The notes below the pieces were generated by a model. The model searched no databases. It saw only the letters and a list, made by a program, of their open reading frames with translations, and had not been told where the DNA came from. DNA of 64,000 nt, taken from positions 4,477-68,476 of the forward strand of contig CAZWCA010000013.1 in NCBI GenBank assembly GCA_964632255.1, written 5' to 3'. The stretch comes from an uncultured Smithella sp. Its GTDB lineage: Bacteria; Desulfobacterota; Syntrophia; Syntrophales; Smithellaceae. A program made the position numbers and the translations under genes. This document shows positions 29,448 through 39,295 of this stretch, piece after piece (position 1 is the stretch's first letter; each line of letters starts with the position of its first letter).

Positions 29448-29835
29448 TTTACCCGAAAACAACTCGGAAGCACCAACAGAGGAGGGTCGATAATTCAATT
29501 TTACTTTATATAAAAATTAGTTCACCCTGAATTACAAGTCAGAGGTATCCTAATTTATTCTCCACTCATGCAGAGTATCAAGCCATTCCCTGAGTAAACA
29601 TCAAAGCTTTACCGGCATAATTAGATGATTATTACACCGGCCTAAAATACGCCGCTTTATCTCCTACAAGCCTCCATTGGCTGCTTGTCAAAAAGATTAG
29701 GGAGGAAGAAAATGAAAAGAAACATTAAAATTGTCTTCTCACCAGGCATAGAAAGGATTTCGTCAAAAGATAGTAAGCTTTAAATAAACAATCTTGACCC
29801 TCCCGAGAGCAGGGATGCGCAAATAAGGAGAAACA

Positions 29836-30168
29836 ATGGATATCATTGATAAAAAGAATTTTAAAATAATATGTGAAAATTGCAGTATTACTGAGGAGCA
29901 ATTTATCTTTGAGAAAGGTTCTTCGTGGAACGGTTCATTATGGCAGAAACTTGCAAAATTTGAGAATTTTGAAACAATCTGGATCGATGACAATGAAAAT
30001 AAACCGGATATTTTTCAAGCAACTTGTAAAAAATGCGGCGGATCAGCTAAAGTTGAAACGCGTTATTCGGGTTTCAATATTAAGGAGCCTTCCCTGTTAG
30101 CGGGATTATTATTTGAAATTTACCGGTATGAGAATGAAAAGGTTCAGGAATACACTGATGTAAGTTGA
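29836..30168 (+). CDS. Hypothetical zinc-ribbon protein
   Basis: SD AAGGAG 7 nt upstream. CENC...CKKCGG is a four-Cys pair. Confidence 0.55.
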   Translation: MDIIDKKNFKIICENCSITEEQFIFEKGSSWNGSLWQKLAKFENFETIWIDDNENKPDIFQATCKKCGGSAKVETRYSGFNIKEPSLLAGLLFEIYRYENEKVQEYTDVS

Positions 30169-30190
30169 TAAAAAAGCGAGCTTCGATAGC

Positions 30191-31684
30191 TTATGTTCGT
30201 TTGATTGCTTTGCTTCGCAAAATTTTGGAACCCAGTTCGGTTCGGGAAATAGAAGAAACAAGGTTGATTTCCTTTGGATAGAAATAGGAAGGCAAGTTAT
30301 TACGCAGATGTGTGCCTAATGCTTTTAAATCCCCTGTTTCATTGGTGCTTACAATATCCAGTTTTATTATAATATCACCTTTCTCATTGGTGCCGGTGCG
30401 AGCGATGGCATCGGATATGCCAGGTACCTGCAATGCAAGCGTTTCTATTTCGGCAGGATGGATTTTCGAACCTTTAATATTGATTATATCATCAAGTCGC
30501 CCGACGAGAATGATATCGCCGTTTTGATCATAGTAACCGATATCTCCGGTGTTCACTTGTGAACATGGCTTGTAAATCACTTCGTCATTCAGTATTTCCT
30601 GCAGGTATCCCAGCATAACATTAGGGCCTTTGATGACAATTTCGCCGGCTTCACCTTCCGGTGCATCAATGCTAATTTCCACACCTTTGGAGGGCTTGCC
30701 GATTACGTTGGTTGTGATGGATGAGCGTCCGATTTCCTTATGGCAGGCTCTGCCGGCTTCCGTCAGTCCGTAGATATTGAAAATTTTCATATCCGGATTC
30801 AGATTAAAAGCCTGCTTCATCATATCCGCTGTCAGAAAATCACTTGAGCTGGTAATGAATTTCAAATTTTTTATTGCATTATTATTGTTTTCTTTAATCA
30901 GATGGACTATTTCGCGTAATGCATACGGCACTAATACCAAATCAGTAACTTTTTCATCGAGGATGCGCTGGAATAGCTGGTCCGGCAGGCTTATGGTTTC
31001 GCCAAAAATAAATCCGCATTGGCTGAGCAGATGCCCGTAAATTTGTATGAAACCGTAATAGTCATAAAGCGGCACCGTAACGAGGCTCTTTCTCGATGGT
31101 TCTAAAGAAAGAAAATCGATCATCATTTCAGTTGCGGAAAGTATGTTGCTTTCGCTCAGGCATACACCTTTAGGATCTCCGGTTGAACCGGAAGTAAAAA
31201 CAATAAGTCTTACATCCTTGGAGCGCCCGGCGGAAAACTGCCGGTCAAATGCGAGTATATCATCCAAACCAAAGGCTTCATAATCAAAGCCCTGATCCAA
31301 GTTTATTTCTTCGCTTTTAATCAATACATAAGGGATTGATTCAATGGCCGATTCATGCAGCTTATGCAGTGCTTTGTTTGTAACAATAAAGTGAGGCTGA
31401 ATTTTTTCACACAATACTCTGACTCTGGAAGTGGCTGTTTTAATGGAAACAGGGATAACGATGGCGCCGCTCATGAAAAAATGCAGATGGCATAAGTAAG
31501 AAGGGAGGCTGTCCGGTAAAAGTATAATAATTCTCCTGCCGGACAGCGGACCAAAACGCCGCGCGAGCGAATCCGATATTTCGGCAAGTTCACTATAAGA
31601 TAACCGGCGGTCGCGGCATTGTATTGCCAATCGATCAGGATATTCATTTGCCGTTAGACGTAATGCGGATTCCAGTTTGTTCAT
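30191..31684 (-). CDS. AMP-dependent synthetase/ligase (acyl-CoA ligase / adenylation enzyme)
   Basis: FTSGSTGDPKGV (A3 core), YGLTE, TGDIGYYD...GRLDDIINIKG (A8). Confidence 0.9.
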   Translation of the reverse strand: MNKLESALRLTANEYPDRLAIQCRDRRLSYSELAEISDSLARRFGPLSGRRIIILLPDSLPSYLCHLHFFMSGAIVIPVSIKTATSRVRVLCEKIQPHFIVTNKALHKLHESAIESIPYVLIKSEEINLDQGFDYEAFGLDDILAFDRQFSAGRSKDVRLIVFTSGSTGDPKGVCLSESNILSATEMMIDFLSLEPSRKSLVTVPLYDYYGFIQIYGHLLSQCGFIFGETISLPDQLFQRILDEKVTDLVLVPYALREIVHLIKENNNNAIKNLKFITSSSDFLTADMMKQAFNLNPDMKIFNIYGLTEAGRACHKEIGRSSITTNVIGKPSKGVEISIDAPEGEAGEIVIKGPNVMLGYLQEILNDEVIYKPCSQVNTGDIGYYDQNGDIILVGRLDDIINIKGSKIHPAEIETLALQVPGISDAIARTGTNEKGDIIIKLDIVSTNETGDLKALGTHLRNNLPSYFYPKEINLVSSISRTELGSKILRSKAIKRT

Positions 31685-31765
31685 CTGTTCCTTGCGACAT
31701 TAAAATGAAAATATAATGAAACAGGCAATAATTTATCTTTTTCGTGAACATTACTCAACTGTTTC

Positions 31766-32542
31766 TTAAATTCCTGCGTACCACTCATAACCCTGGTCTT
31801 CCCAATAACCACCTTTTCCGCCGGCTATTCCGGAAAAATCTTCAACAATTTCAATGCGCATTACATATTTGGCCATTTTGTAGCCAAGTTGCCGTTCTAA
31901 TCGCAGCCGAAGCGGTGCGCCATTCTTGATGGGCAATGGCATTCCATTGAGATCATAGGCAAGAATCGTCTGCGGATGAAAAGCATCCTCCATATCAATG
32001 CTTTCATAATAGAGAGAGGTTCTATTCTCTTCCATGGGATCTGCGCAATAGAAAACGACATAACGAGCGTTGGGCTTAGGATAAACCGTTTCCAGTAAAG
32101 CACTCAGACGCGCCCCCTTCCATCTGCCTATGGCGCTCCATCCTTCAACACAATCATGCCGCGTTGTCTGAGTGCGGCTGGGAAGCTCACGGAGTTCCCC
32201 AAGCGAAAAGGACATGGGATGCTCAATCAGGCCGCTGACCTCCAGTCGATAATCGGCAAAGCCATTCTTTGCCATTGCCATGTATGCCGGATTATCAGGC
32301 ATTGATGTTCCATTGCTCCTGAAATCCGGTGACAAATCGGATTCCGTAAATTCCTGGGCCATTGACTTGCGCGGGATAATGAGCCGGTGAACCCCATATG
32401 CCATTTTTTCACCCATTCCCAGGAGCTTGGGAAACCAGGAAGTATTGGAAAGCTTATCGCAACCGGCAAGAACAACTGCACTTGCGCCGGCCAGCAGGCT
32501 TTTCAGGATGCCTCGCCGGGAAAACACACTGTTATTTCTCAT
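31766..32542 (-). CDS. Molybdopterin-dependent oxidoreductase (sulfite-oxidase/MsrP-like fold), Tat-exported lipoprotein
   Basis: Twin-arginine signal SRRGILKSLLAGASAVVLAGC. Mo-ligand region HDCVEGWS. Confidence 0.8.
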   Translation of the reverse strand: MRNNSVFSRRGILKSLLAGASAVVLAGCDKLSNTSWFPKLLGMGEKMAYGVHRLIIPRKSMAQEFTESDLSPDFRSNGTSMPDNPAYMAMAKNGFADYRLEVSGLIEHPMSFSLGELRELPSRTQTTRHDCVEGWSAIGRWKGARLSALLETVYPKPNARYVVFYCADPMEENRTSLYYESIDMEDAFHPQTILAYDLNGMPLPIKNGAPLRLRLERQLGYKMAKYVMRIEIVEDFSGIAGGKGGYWEDQGYEWYAGI

Positions 32543-33392
32543 TATTCTTCTCCAAGGATATCCAATAATTTCCGGTTATCATTGAACGAAAATTGTTCCA
32601 GAAGCCGGTGACAATAACCATAAACACATGAATGATTAAAAAAAGAACCAGTGCCCAAGCTACAAAGAAATGGATTGTCCGCATCGATTGCCGGCCGGCG
32701 AAAGCATCGACCCAGCCTGTTGGTATAGTATCCAATGCCGGTGACATTCCCAGCCCATTTATAATTCCCAAAGGAATGAGCAAAAAAATGACTCCCAGGT
32801 AGGCCAGTTTCTGTAGAATGTTATAGTACTTGGCTGCTTCACCGGTTGGATGACGAAAACGCAGGTGATCGACGACCGTTTTGCCTATTGATCGCCAATC
32901 CTGCCTGTCAGGCAAAAGGTCTCGACAAAAATGCCCGGTTGCAATGCCATAAAATATAAAAGCCGTACCATTGGCCGCCAGCAACCAGGCAAAAAAGAGA
33001 TGCCAGCGACGGGCCATGGCGAGCCATCTATCGCCCGGTATGGTAAGCCAGGAGGGAAATCCTCGTTCGACCAATTCTCCTGTTGAGCTCTTTGAAGCTC
33101 CGAAAAAGCCGGTTGTATTGAATTCATAGCCAAAGATTCTGGTAATACCCGCTAATTTACCTTTTTCATCTGTCCTGCTTCCCATCTCCAGGAAGGGCGA
33201 AGCGCCGGTGTAAGAAGATTTACCCCAATAAAGCGCTGAATGCGCGTTGAAGATATTAAGACCGCTCATCAGGAGGATGGCAAGTAAAATAAAGTTGATC
33301 CAGTGCATGATACGCAACGGCAAAGGATGTCGATAATACAGATAGCCATTGGATGCAGCATGCTTTGATCCAACCATAATATTGCTCCTCAT
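32532..33392 (-). CDS. Cytochrome b-type membrane subunit
   Basis: PLRIMHWINFILLAILLMSGLNIF plus further His-containing TM helices. It overlaps the downstream Mo-oxidoreductase gene by 11 nt. Confidence 0.75.
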   Translation of the reverse strand: MRSNIMVGSKHAASNGYLYYRHPLPLRIMHWINFILLAILLMSGLNIFNAHSALYWGKSSYTGASPFLEMGSRTDEKGKLAGITRIFGYEFNTTGFFGASKSSTGELVERGFPSWLTIPGDRWLAMARRWHLFFAWLLAANGTAFIFYGIATGHFCRDLLPDRQDWRSIGKTVVDHLRFRHPTGEAAKYYNILQKLAYLGVIFLLIPLGIINGLGMSPALDTIPTGWVDAFAGRQSMRTIHFFVAWALVLFLIIHVFMVIVTGFWNNFRSMITGNYWISLEKNNEK

Positions 33393-33911
33393 ACGTCATT
33401 TGTTTTACGCTGAATGGGCAAAGGTGAAAACGGTCAAATTTCCGTTAAAGTACTCCGGCTGCTTTGAAAAATGATTTTTCTTATAAAATAGAATAGCAGA
33501 AATTAATGTGTAATATGCGAACAACAATCTGAATTTAGTAATAGGATAAAGATAGGGTGGCCTTACCTGCAGATATTGACCGGTCCGCGATACCTTAAAT
33601 GACTATAATGTTCCGTAAAACCGGCAATTTAGTACTGCCGGGGACGGGCATGGTAATCCCGCGCGCTCGCGTCGCAGGGATTTACTGTCACTCGATTCAA
33701 TAAATCTTAGAACGAACTAATCCCGAATATTAGGTAATAAGATTATTTTTTGACTGCTTTAATAGTGTGCTTACACCTCAAAATTAAGAATTTTGAACGA
33801 AGTAAATAATATTGAACCTTATTGAATATTATCCAATTTTCTTAGTAATACATTGTATTACAAATCGGGAAAATATAATCAAAAAAGGAAAGGCTCACCT
33901 GGAGGATATTT

Positions 33912-36401
33912 ATGTATAATTTGCACGCTATTGCTGCAAGGAAGAATTTCATACCAATCTCACCTCAAAACTTAAAAGAAACCCAACTGGACTTTGGCTT
34001 CCTGGCGGATCTGGTCTTGAAGACTGTATATGCGGATGCCGATTGCTCTACAGTCCGCGCGGCGGAGAAACTGTGCCTTCCTGTGTCGATAGTCGAATCC
34101 ATACTTCAGTACCTCTATAAGGAGAAGTTGATCGAAGTGCGGGGGGAGATCAGCCTCCGCAACCATCGTTACGCCATGCTTGAGCGCGGTTTGCAGCGAA
34201 CTCAGCGGCTGTTGGATCTCAATAGCTATATCGGACCGGCTCCGGTCTCTCTTCAATCCTATACTGAAATGGTTTTAGAGCAGAATCAGGCCCGGGAACC
34301 TGTAACGCCGGAATTAGTGAAGAATGCGCTGTCCGAATTTGTTTTACCCGATACCACCGTTCAAACCCTGGGTTTAGTTGCCCAGTCCCGGCGCAGTCTC
34401 TTTATGTTCGGCGAAACAGGAAATGGGAAGTCCAAGATCGCCATGGCGCTCCATTCGGTCCAGCCCGGTGAAATCTGGATTCCCTATGCCATTGAGGTGG
34501 ATAATCAGATCATCAAGGTCTTCGATCAGCACAAACATGTACAGGCCCCGCCCGATAACGACGATGAGTATGATAAGCGCTGGATAAAAATCAAACGTCC
34601 CCTGGTGGTTGTCGGCGGCGAAATGACAATTGAAAGCATGGACCTGGTATACAGCCAGACGGCTAAATATTACGAGGCGCCATTCCAGGTGAAAGCCAAC
34701 GGAGGGACCCTGATTATCGACGACTTTGGCCGGCAGAGAATCGAACCCACGGCGCTGCTGAACCGTTGGATTATTCCTTTGGAAAGAGGCATGGATTGTC
34801 TGACCCTCCATACGGGGAAAAAGATTGAGGTGCCGTTCAATCAACTACTCATCTTCGCCAGCAATCTGGATCCCAAAGGTTTGATGGAACAGGCTTTTTT
34901 GCGTCGAATAGGGTACCGCCTGCACATAGCTCCGCCGACCCCGGAGCGTTACGGTTCTATTTTTCGAAGGGTTGTCGAAGCCCATGGGCTTGATTATGAC
35001 CCGAAACTGCTTGAGTTTCTTTTGCACTGCTATGAGAAGGAAAAACGCCCTCTGAGATGTTGCGAACCACGCGATATTATTAACAATCTCTTGGATATCT
35101 GTGTGTACAAAGATCAGCCTCCCGCCCTGTCCAGCGATCTGCTTGAACTTGCCTGGATCAATTACTTCGGCAAGCCGGGCGAGGTAATTGATGATAACCC
35201 TGATAATATTGCTACCGCCGGTTCTGTGCAAGGAGAAGCAGGGGCGGGCACAAACAGCGATTCGCTCCAACAAATTAATTACGAAACGAACCCCATTGAT
35301 AACGTTTGCTCCCTGCCGGAGCTCATAGCAACTCCGTGCCCGCGCAAAGGGATACAGACATTTGGTCCGCTTGAGACTTTAATGGAAGATTCAAGCGTTA
35401 CGGACATCCTCATCGATAATTTTAATAAGATCTATGTGGAAAGAAGAGGAAAACTGGAACTCACAAATCGCGAATTCGGAAGTGAAGCCGAATATCAGGA
35501 ACTCATAGACGCCATTCTCTCCAATGTGGGCCGCCGGGTGGATGAATGGTGGCCAATGGAGGACGCAAGGCTCCCTGACGGTTCCCGGGTCAATGTCATC
35601 GTACCGCCGCTCGCCATTGACGGGCCGAGCATGTCCATACGACGTTTTCGAAAAGATGCAATGCAACTTGAGGACCTGATCAAAGTCGGGGCGCTTAATC
35701 AGGAAATGGGAGAAATTCTGAAGGGCGTTATACGAGCCAGGCTGAATGTTTTAATTTCGGGAGGAACTGGCACCGGCAAGACCACCCTGCTCAACGTGCT
35801 TTCGGGCTTTATCCCTTCGGATGAACGTATTGTCTCTATCGAAGATTCCGCCGAGCTTCAGTTGAAACAACAATATGTGGTTCGTCTCGAAACGAGGCCG
35901 CCGAATCCCGAAGGAAAAGGCGAGGTTGTCCAGAGAGCGCTGGTCAAAAATGCTCTCCGGATGCGGCCGGACCGGATAGTTGTCGGCGAGGTAAGAGGCG
36001 CGGAGGTTCTGGACATGCTGCAGGCGATGAACACGGGACATGACGGTTCTCTCTCGACTATTCATGCGAATTCCCCTCGCGATGCCCTTGCCCGCCTGGA
36101 AACGCTCGTCGCCACTTCCGGGCTGGCCATGCCCCATGAAGCTGTCAGGAAACAAATCGGCTCTGCCATAAATATTGTTATTCAACTATCCCGCCTCAGC
36201 GACGGCAGCAGGAAGGTGGTAAGTATCTTTGAAATAGTCGGAATGGAAGGAGCGATGATCACAGGGCAGGAGGTATTTAAATTTGAGCAAACAGGGGTAA
36301 CCAATCAGGGGCTTGTCCAAGGGAGATTCATCTCGAACGGCATCAGACCCCATTTTTTCGGTAAGTTCAGTGCCTTGGGCATAGAAATCCCCAAGTTTTA
36401 A
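33912..36401 (+). CDS. Fusion ATPase: N-terminal wHTH + AAA+-like module, C-terminal CpaF/TadA (T2SS/T4SS VirB11-type) ATPase
   Basis: AAA+-like module: Walker A GETGNGKS (34410-34433), [26 protein letters not shown]. After a low-complexity linker comes the CpaF module (from about 35364): [48 protein letters not shown]. Confidence 0.85.
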   Translation: MYNLHAIAARKNFIPISPQNLKETQLDFGFLADLVLKTVYADADCSTVRAAEKLCLPVSIVESILQYLYKEKLIEVRGEISLRNHRYAMLERGLQRTQRLLDLNSYIGPAPVSLQSYTEMVLEQNQAREPVTPELVKNALSEFVLPDTTVQTLGLVAQSRRSLFMFGETGNGKSKIAMALHSVQPGEIWIPYAIEVDNQIIKVFDQHKHVQAPPDNDDEYDKRWIKIKRPLVVVGGEMTIESMDLVYSQTAKYYEAPFQVKANGGTLIIDDFGRQRIEPTALLNRWIIPLERGMDCLTLHTGKKIEVPFNQLLIFASNLDPKGLMEQAFLRRIGYRLHIAPPTPERYGSIFRRVVEAHGLDYDPKLLEFLLHCYEKEKRPLRCCEPRDIINNLLDICVYKDQPPALSSDLLELAWINYFGKPGEVIDDNPDNIATAGSVQGEAGAGTNSDSLQQINYETNPIDNVCSLPELIATPCPRKGIQTFGPLETLMEDSSVTDILIDNFNKIYVERRGKLELTNREFGSEAEYQELIDAILSNVGRRVDEWWPMEDARLPDGSRVNVIVPPLAIDGPSMSIRRFRKDAMQLEDLIKVGALNQEMGEILKGVIRARLNVLISGGTGTGKTTLLNVLSGFIPSDERIVSIEDSAELQLKQQYVVRLETRPPNPEGKGEVVQRALVKNALRMRPDRIVVGEVRGAEVLDMLQAMNTGHDGSLSTIHANSPRDALARLETLVATSGLAMPHEAVRKQIGSAINIVIQLSRLSDGSRKVVSIFEIVGMEGAMITGQEVFKFEQTGVTNQGLVQGRFISNGIRPHFFGKFSALGIEIPKF

Positions 36402-36414
36402 TTATGACGACATC

Positions 36415-36629
36415 GTAAAAAGGCCGGATGCTGCGTTGGGCTTCCTCCCTCCCCGGCCTTCGCCGGGGCAGGCTACCTGCGGTGTACGCTTAGTACGCCT
36501 CATTCCTCGTGCTCTGGAAGCGGTTTTCCTGAGCTCCGCAGAGCGAAGGAACGCATTGAAATAGATGAGCCATTACCAGTGTGCGCCAAAAGGCAAACAC
36601 ATCGCGCGCCTTGCCTGCGGCCTTTTTAC
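36415..36629. repeat. Inverted-repeat-bounded structured intergenic element (MITE-like)
   Basis: GTAAAAAGGCCG (36415-36426) is the exact reverse complement of CGGCCTTTTTAC (36618-36629). There is an internal perfect hairpin CCCCGGC-cttc-GCCGGGG (36451-36468). Confidence 0.45.
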
Positions 36630-36858
36630 AAGATCGTCGGCAATGGATAATTTTGTCTTTTTACGAGTTCATTAATCATCATAACGATGCAAAATTTACA
36701 TATCGGATATGGAAGCCATTTTCAGCGATGATGTTTATTACCGGGATAGATAACCCGCCTGAATTTTCCTGTTGCCCCGTTCAATTTTCCGTAATGTTCT
36801 CCTGCCTCCACCGTGAGGTGGTGAGGCCGGGGTAGTTGCAGTTTCTTAACCGCATTCC

Positions 36859-38430
36859 TCAAAAAGTGAGATTCATCCTGGCATCAGTGAATATCCTCGA
36901 ATCCATTTCCTTGAGCTCGCTTGATACCAGCGGCTGAAAGGCCATCTTGGATAAGATATCCTTCTCCAGATCGACGCCGGGGGCAATTTCGATCAGTTCC
37001 ACGCCGGCAGGTGTTAGTTTGAACACTGCCCTTTCGGTCACATAAAGAATTTCTTTTCCGGTATCGTTGGCATATTCGCCGCTGAAAGTGATTTGTTCAA
37101 CCTTGTCGACAAATTTGGATGCCTTCCCGTCTTCGATGATGTTAAGTTTGCCGTCTTTTATTTCCAGCGTAGTTTTTCCGGCCATAAACGAGCCTATGAA
37201 AACTATTTTTTGAGTGCTTTGGGAAATATTCACGAAGCCGCCCGGCCCTACCGTGCGGCCGTTAAATTTACTGACATTGACATTACCCTGCTTATCAATC
37301 TCGGCAGCCCCGAGAACGGAAAGGTCTATTCCGCCGCCGTCATAAAAGATGAACATGTCGGCATGGGAAATTATCGACTCGACGTTGGCGGAGGCGGTTA
37401 TCGCCAGACCGCTTTGCGGGACGCCGCCGAATGAGCCGGACTCGATAGTAAGGGTAATCCCGGATAGCAAACCTTCTTCGGCAGCCACAGCCGCCACCGC
37501 TTCCGGCATGCCTATTCCCAGATTGACAATGGCCCCTTCTTTAAGCTCAAAGGCCGCCCGCCGCCCGCATATCTTTCTTTCGGAAAGTTCCACAGGCGGA
37601 AGCTGATCAAGCGGAATTCTTGTTTCGCCGCACCATTCCGGATGGAACTCCGGAATAGCATAATACTGCCTGCGGCCGATTTCGCCGGCTATTACAATAT
37701 GATTGACTAAAATACCTGGTACGACGACGTGGTGGGGTTTAATCGTGTGGGCTTCCGTCAGCCTTTCCACCTGGGCAATGACGATTCCACCGCTGTTTTT
37801 CGTCGCCAGGGCTAATTCCAGCAAACTCAGCCGTACAGCCTCCTTCTCAATCGACAGGTTCCCGTCGACGTCGGCGGTAGTTGCTTTAATGAAGCAAACA
37901 TTGACCGGAAAAGACTTATACAGAAGATAATCTTTATCTTTTATTTTCAGGACTTCGACAACCTGCTCATCTTCGCCAAGCTCCGCCGCCGCTTTATTGG
38001 CCCTGCAGCCTTCCACCCTGGGATCGGCAAAGGTTTTGAGGCCGACACTGGTAACGACGCCTGGCCTGTGCGCGCCGATTGCCCGGGCAAGCTGCGTCAG
38101 TACACCCTGCGGGACGATGAATGTCGGGAATTTGTTTGCCGCAATCAACGGGAAGAGTTTCGGAGAAGTACCGATATGGCCGCAGATGAGTTTACCGATA
38201 AGTCCCTCGGGTGTGAACATGTTCATGCCGCCGTCTTTTCCGTCGCCGATGCCGGAAACATGAAAGACAGTAATCCCTTTAGGCGATTGTGACTCCAAAT
38301 AGCGGTCCCTTACTGCCGCCATAAGGTCCACCGGTGCAGATGCGCTGATAAGCCCCTGTATTCCCAGGGTATCGCCGTCCTTTATCAGGCTTGCGGCTTC
38401 TTTTACTGAGATAACTTTACTTCTGCCCAC
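36859..38430 (-). CDS. Acyl-CoA:acetate/3-ketoacid CoA-transferase (fused alpha-beta, YdiF-like)
   Basis: 523 aa. GDTLGIQG...HVSGIGDG...LTIESGSFGG... layout of fused family-I CoA transferases. Confidence 0.8.
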   Translation of the reverse strand: MGRSKVISVKEAASLIKDGDTLGIQGLISASAPVDLMAAVRDRYLESQSPKGITVFHVSGIGDGKDGGMNMFTPEGLIGKLICGHIGTSPKLFPLIAANKFPTFIVPQGVLTQLARAIGAHRPGVVTSVGLKTFADPRVEGCRANKAAAELGEDEQVVEVLKIKDKDYLLYKSFPVNVCFIKATTADVDGNLSIEKEAVRLSLLELALATKNSGGIVIAQVERLTEAHTIKPHHVVVPGILVNHIVIAGEIGRRQYYAIPEFHPEWCGETRIPLDQLPPVELSERKICGRRAAFELKEGAIVNLGIGMPEAVAAVAAEEGLLSGITLTIESGSFGGVPQSGLAITASANVESIISHADMFIFYDGGGIDLSVLGAAEIDKQGNVNVSKFNGRTVGPGGFVNISQSTQKIVFIGSFMAGKTTLEIKDGKLNIIEDGKASKFVDKVEQITFSGEYANDTGKEILYVTERAVFKLTPAGVELIEIAPGVDLEKDILSKMAFQPLVSSELKEMDSRIFTDARMNLTF

Positions 38431-38988
38431 GCTGCTTTATCCTCCTTATCTTCGGTTAGCGATTTTCGAGTTGCGGATTTCCCGGATTATTTTTTATCGA
38501 TCTGAATTTTTTTTGAATATGCCAGTCTCCAATATCAATTGTCAATTCCATTTTCAGACATACAAAACTTAGCATCCGCTAACACGCCGCTTCTCCAGGC
38601 AATATCTCCATTGGTCCGTCTTTCTTACGAATTCCTGCTGTGCAATGATTGAAATTATCAATAATTGTGCAAATTCGGTACGAACAGGGTAAGAGATTGA
38701 CCTCTCATATTGGTAACCGGAATTCATACCCCCTCGTAGCGATCTAAAAAAATAGAACCTGTAACCCTCCGAAGAGAAGGACTCCATGGCGCTTATTTAC
38801 TGAGAAAAATCCGCGGATACGTTCAAAGCAAGCTTATGGTGCTAATTTTGAAATACTTCGTAAACAGTTCAATTCTTTCAAGTCTTGCTATAACAATGTT
38901 ATACTTAAATCGGCTAATGGCTACATTATTTATATTATCAAAATCATGAATGGTTAAGATTCATTGAAAATTATACCTAAAAAACCAC

Positions 38989-39092
38989 CATTTAATTCCT
39001 ATTGAAATCTACAAAAACCAGTCCAATGACAATATATTACCAAAATGCCGTCATTTAATTCCCATTGTAATCTAGAACATACCAATCTAATG
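38989..39092 (+). repeat. Two imperfect ~40-nt direct repeats, 63 nt apart, upstream of the radical SAM gene
   Basis: CATTTAATTCCTATTGAAATCTA (38989-39011) versus CATTTAATTCCCATTGTAATCTA (39052-39074). Similarity continues: ACCAGTCCAATG versus ACCAATCTAATG. Confidence 0.6.
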
Positions 39093-39295
39093 TGTGTAAA
39101 ATAAAGTAAAATAAAAATAGGATGTTATCAAAGTTATGCTGGATTGAGCGGTGTCTCGGCAGTTTCAATAATTTATTTATCTATTCCGAGGCCAACGAGA
39201 AAAGATTTTGCATTGCGTAGCATTTCAAATTCCGATCTGTCAGAGGCAGCCTGTATAAGAAGTAAATTAAAATTATTCTTCCCTGGAGGAATGAA

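Noticed and set aside
24125-30190. Integrated mobile element or prophage remnant at the tRNA-Glu gene.
   Set aside because: I found no integrase, recombinase, transposase or phage gene, and no repeat of the tRNA 3' end. It is kept only as a low-interest compositional observation.
36581-36835. 84-aa ORF overlapping the inverted-repeat element.
   Set aside because: It has a GTG/odd start inside the repeat element, no SD, and a composition driven by the palindromes. It is treated as non-coding.
38989-39092. Possible degenerate mini-CRISPR. Two repeats end in an ATTGAAAT-like sequence with 63-nt periodicity.
   Set aside because: There are only two imperfect copies with a 23-nt conserved core. 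The similarity continues into the would-be spacers, and no cas genes or leader are present. It is reported as a plain direct repeat instead.
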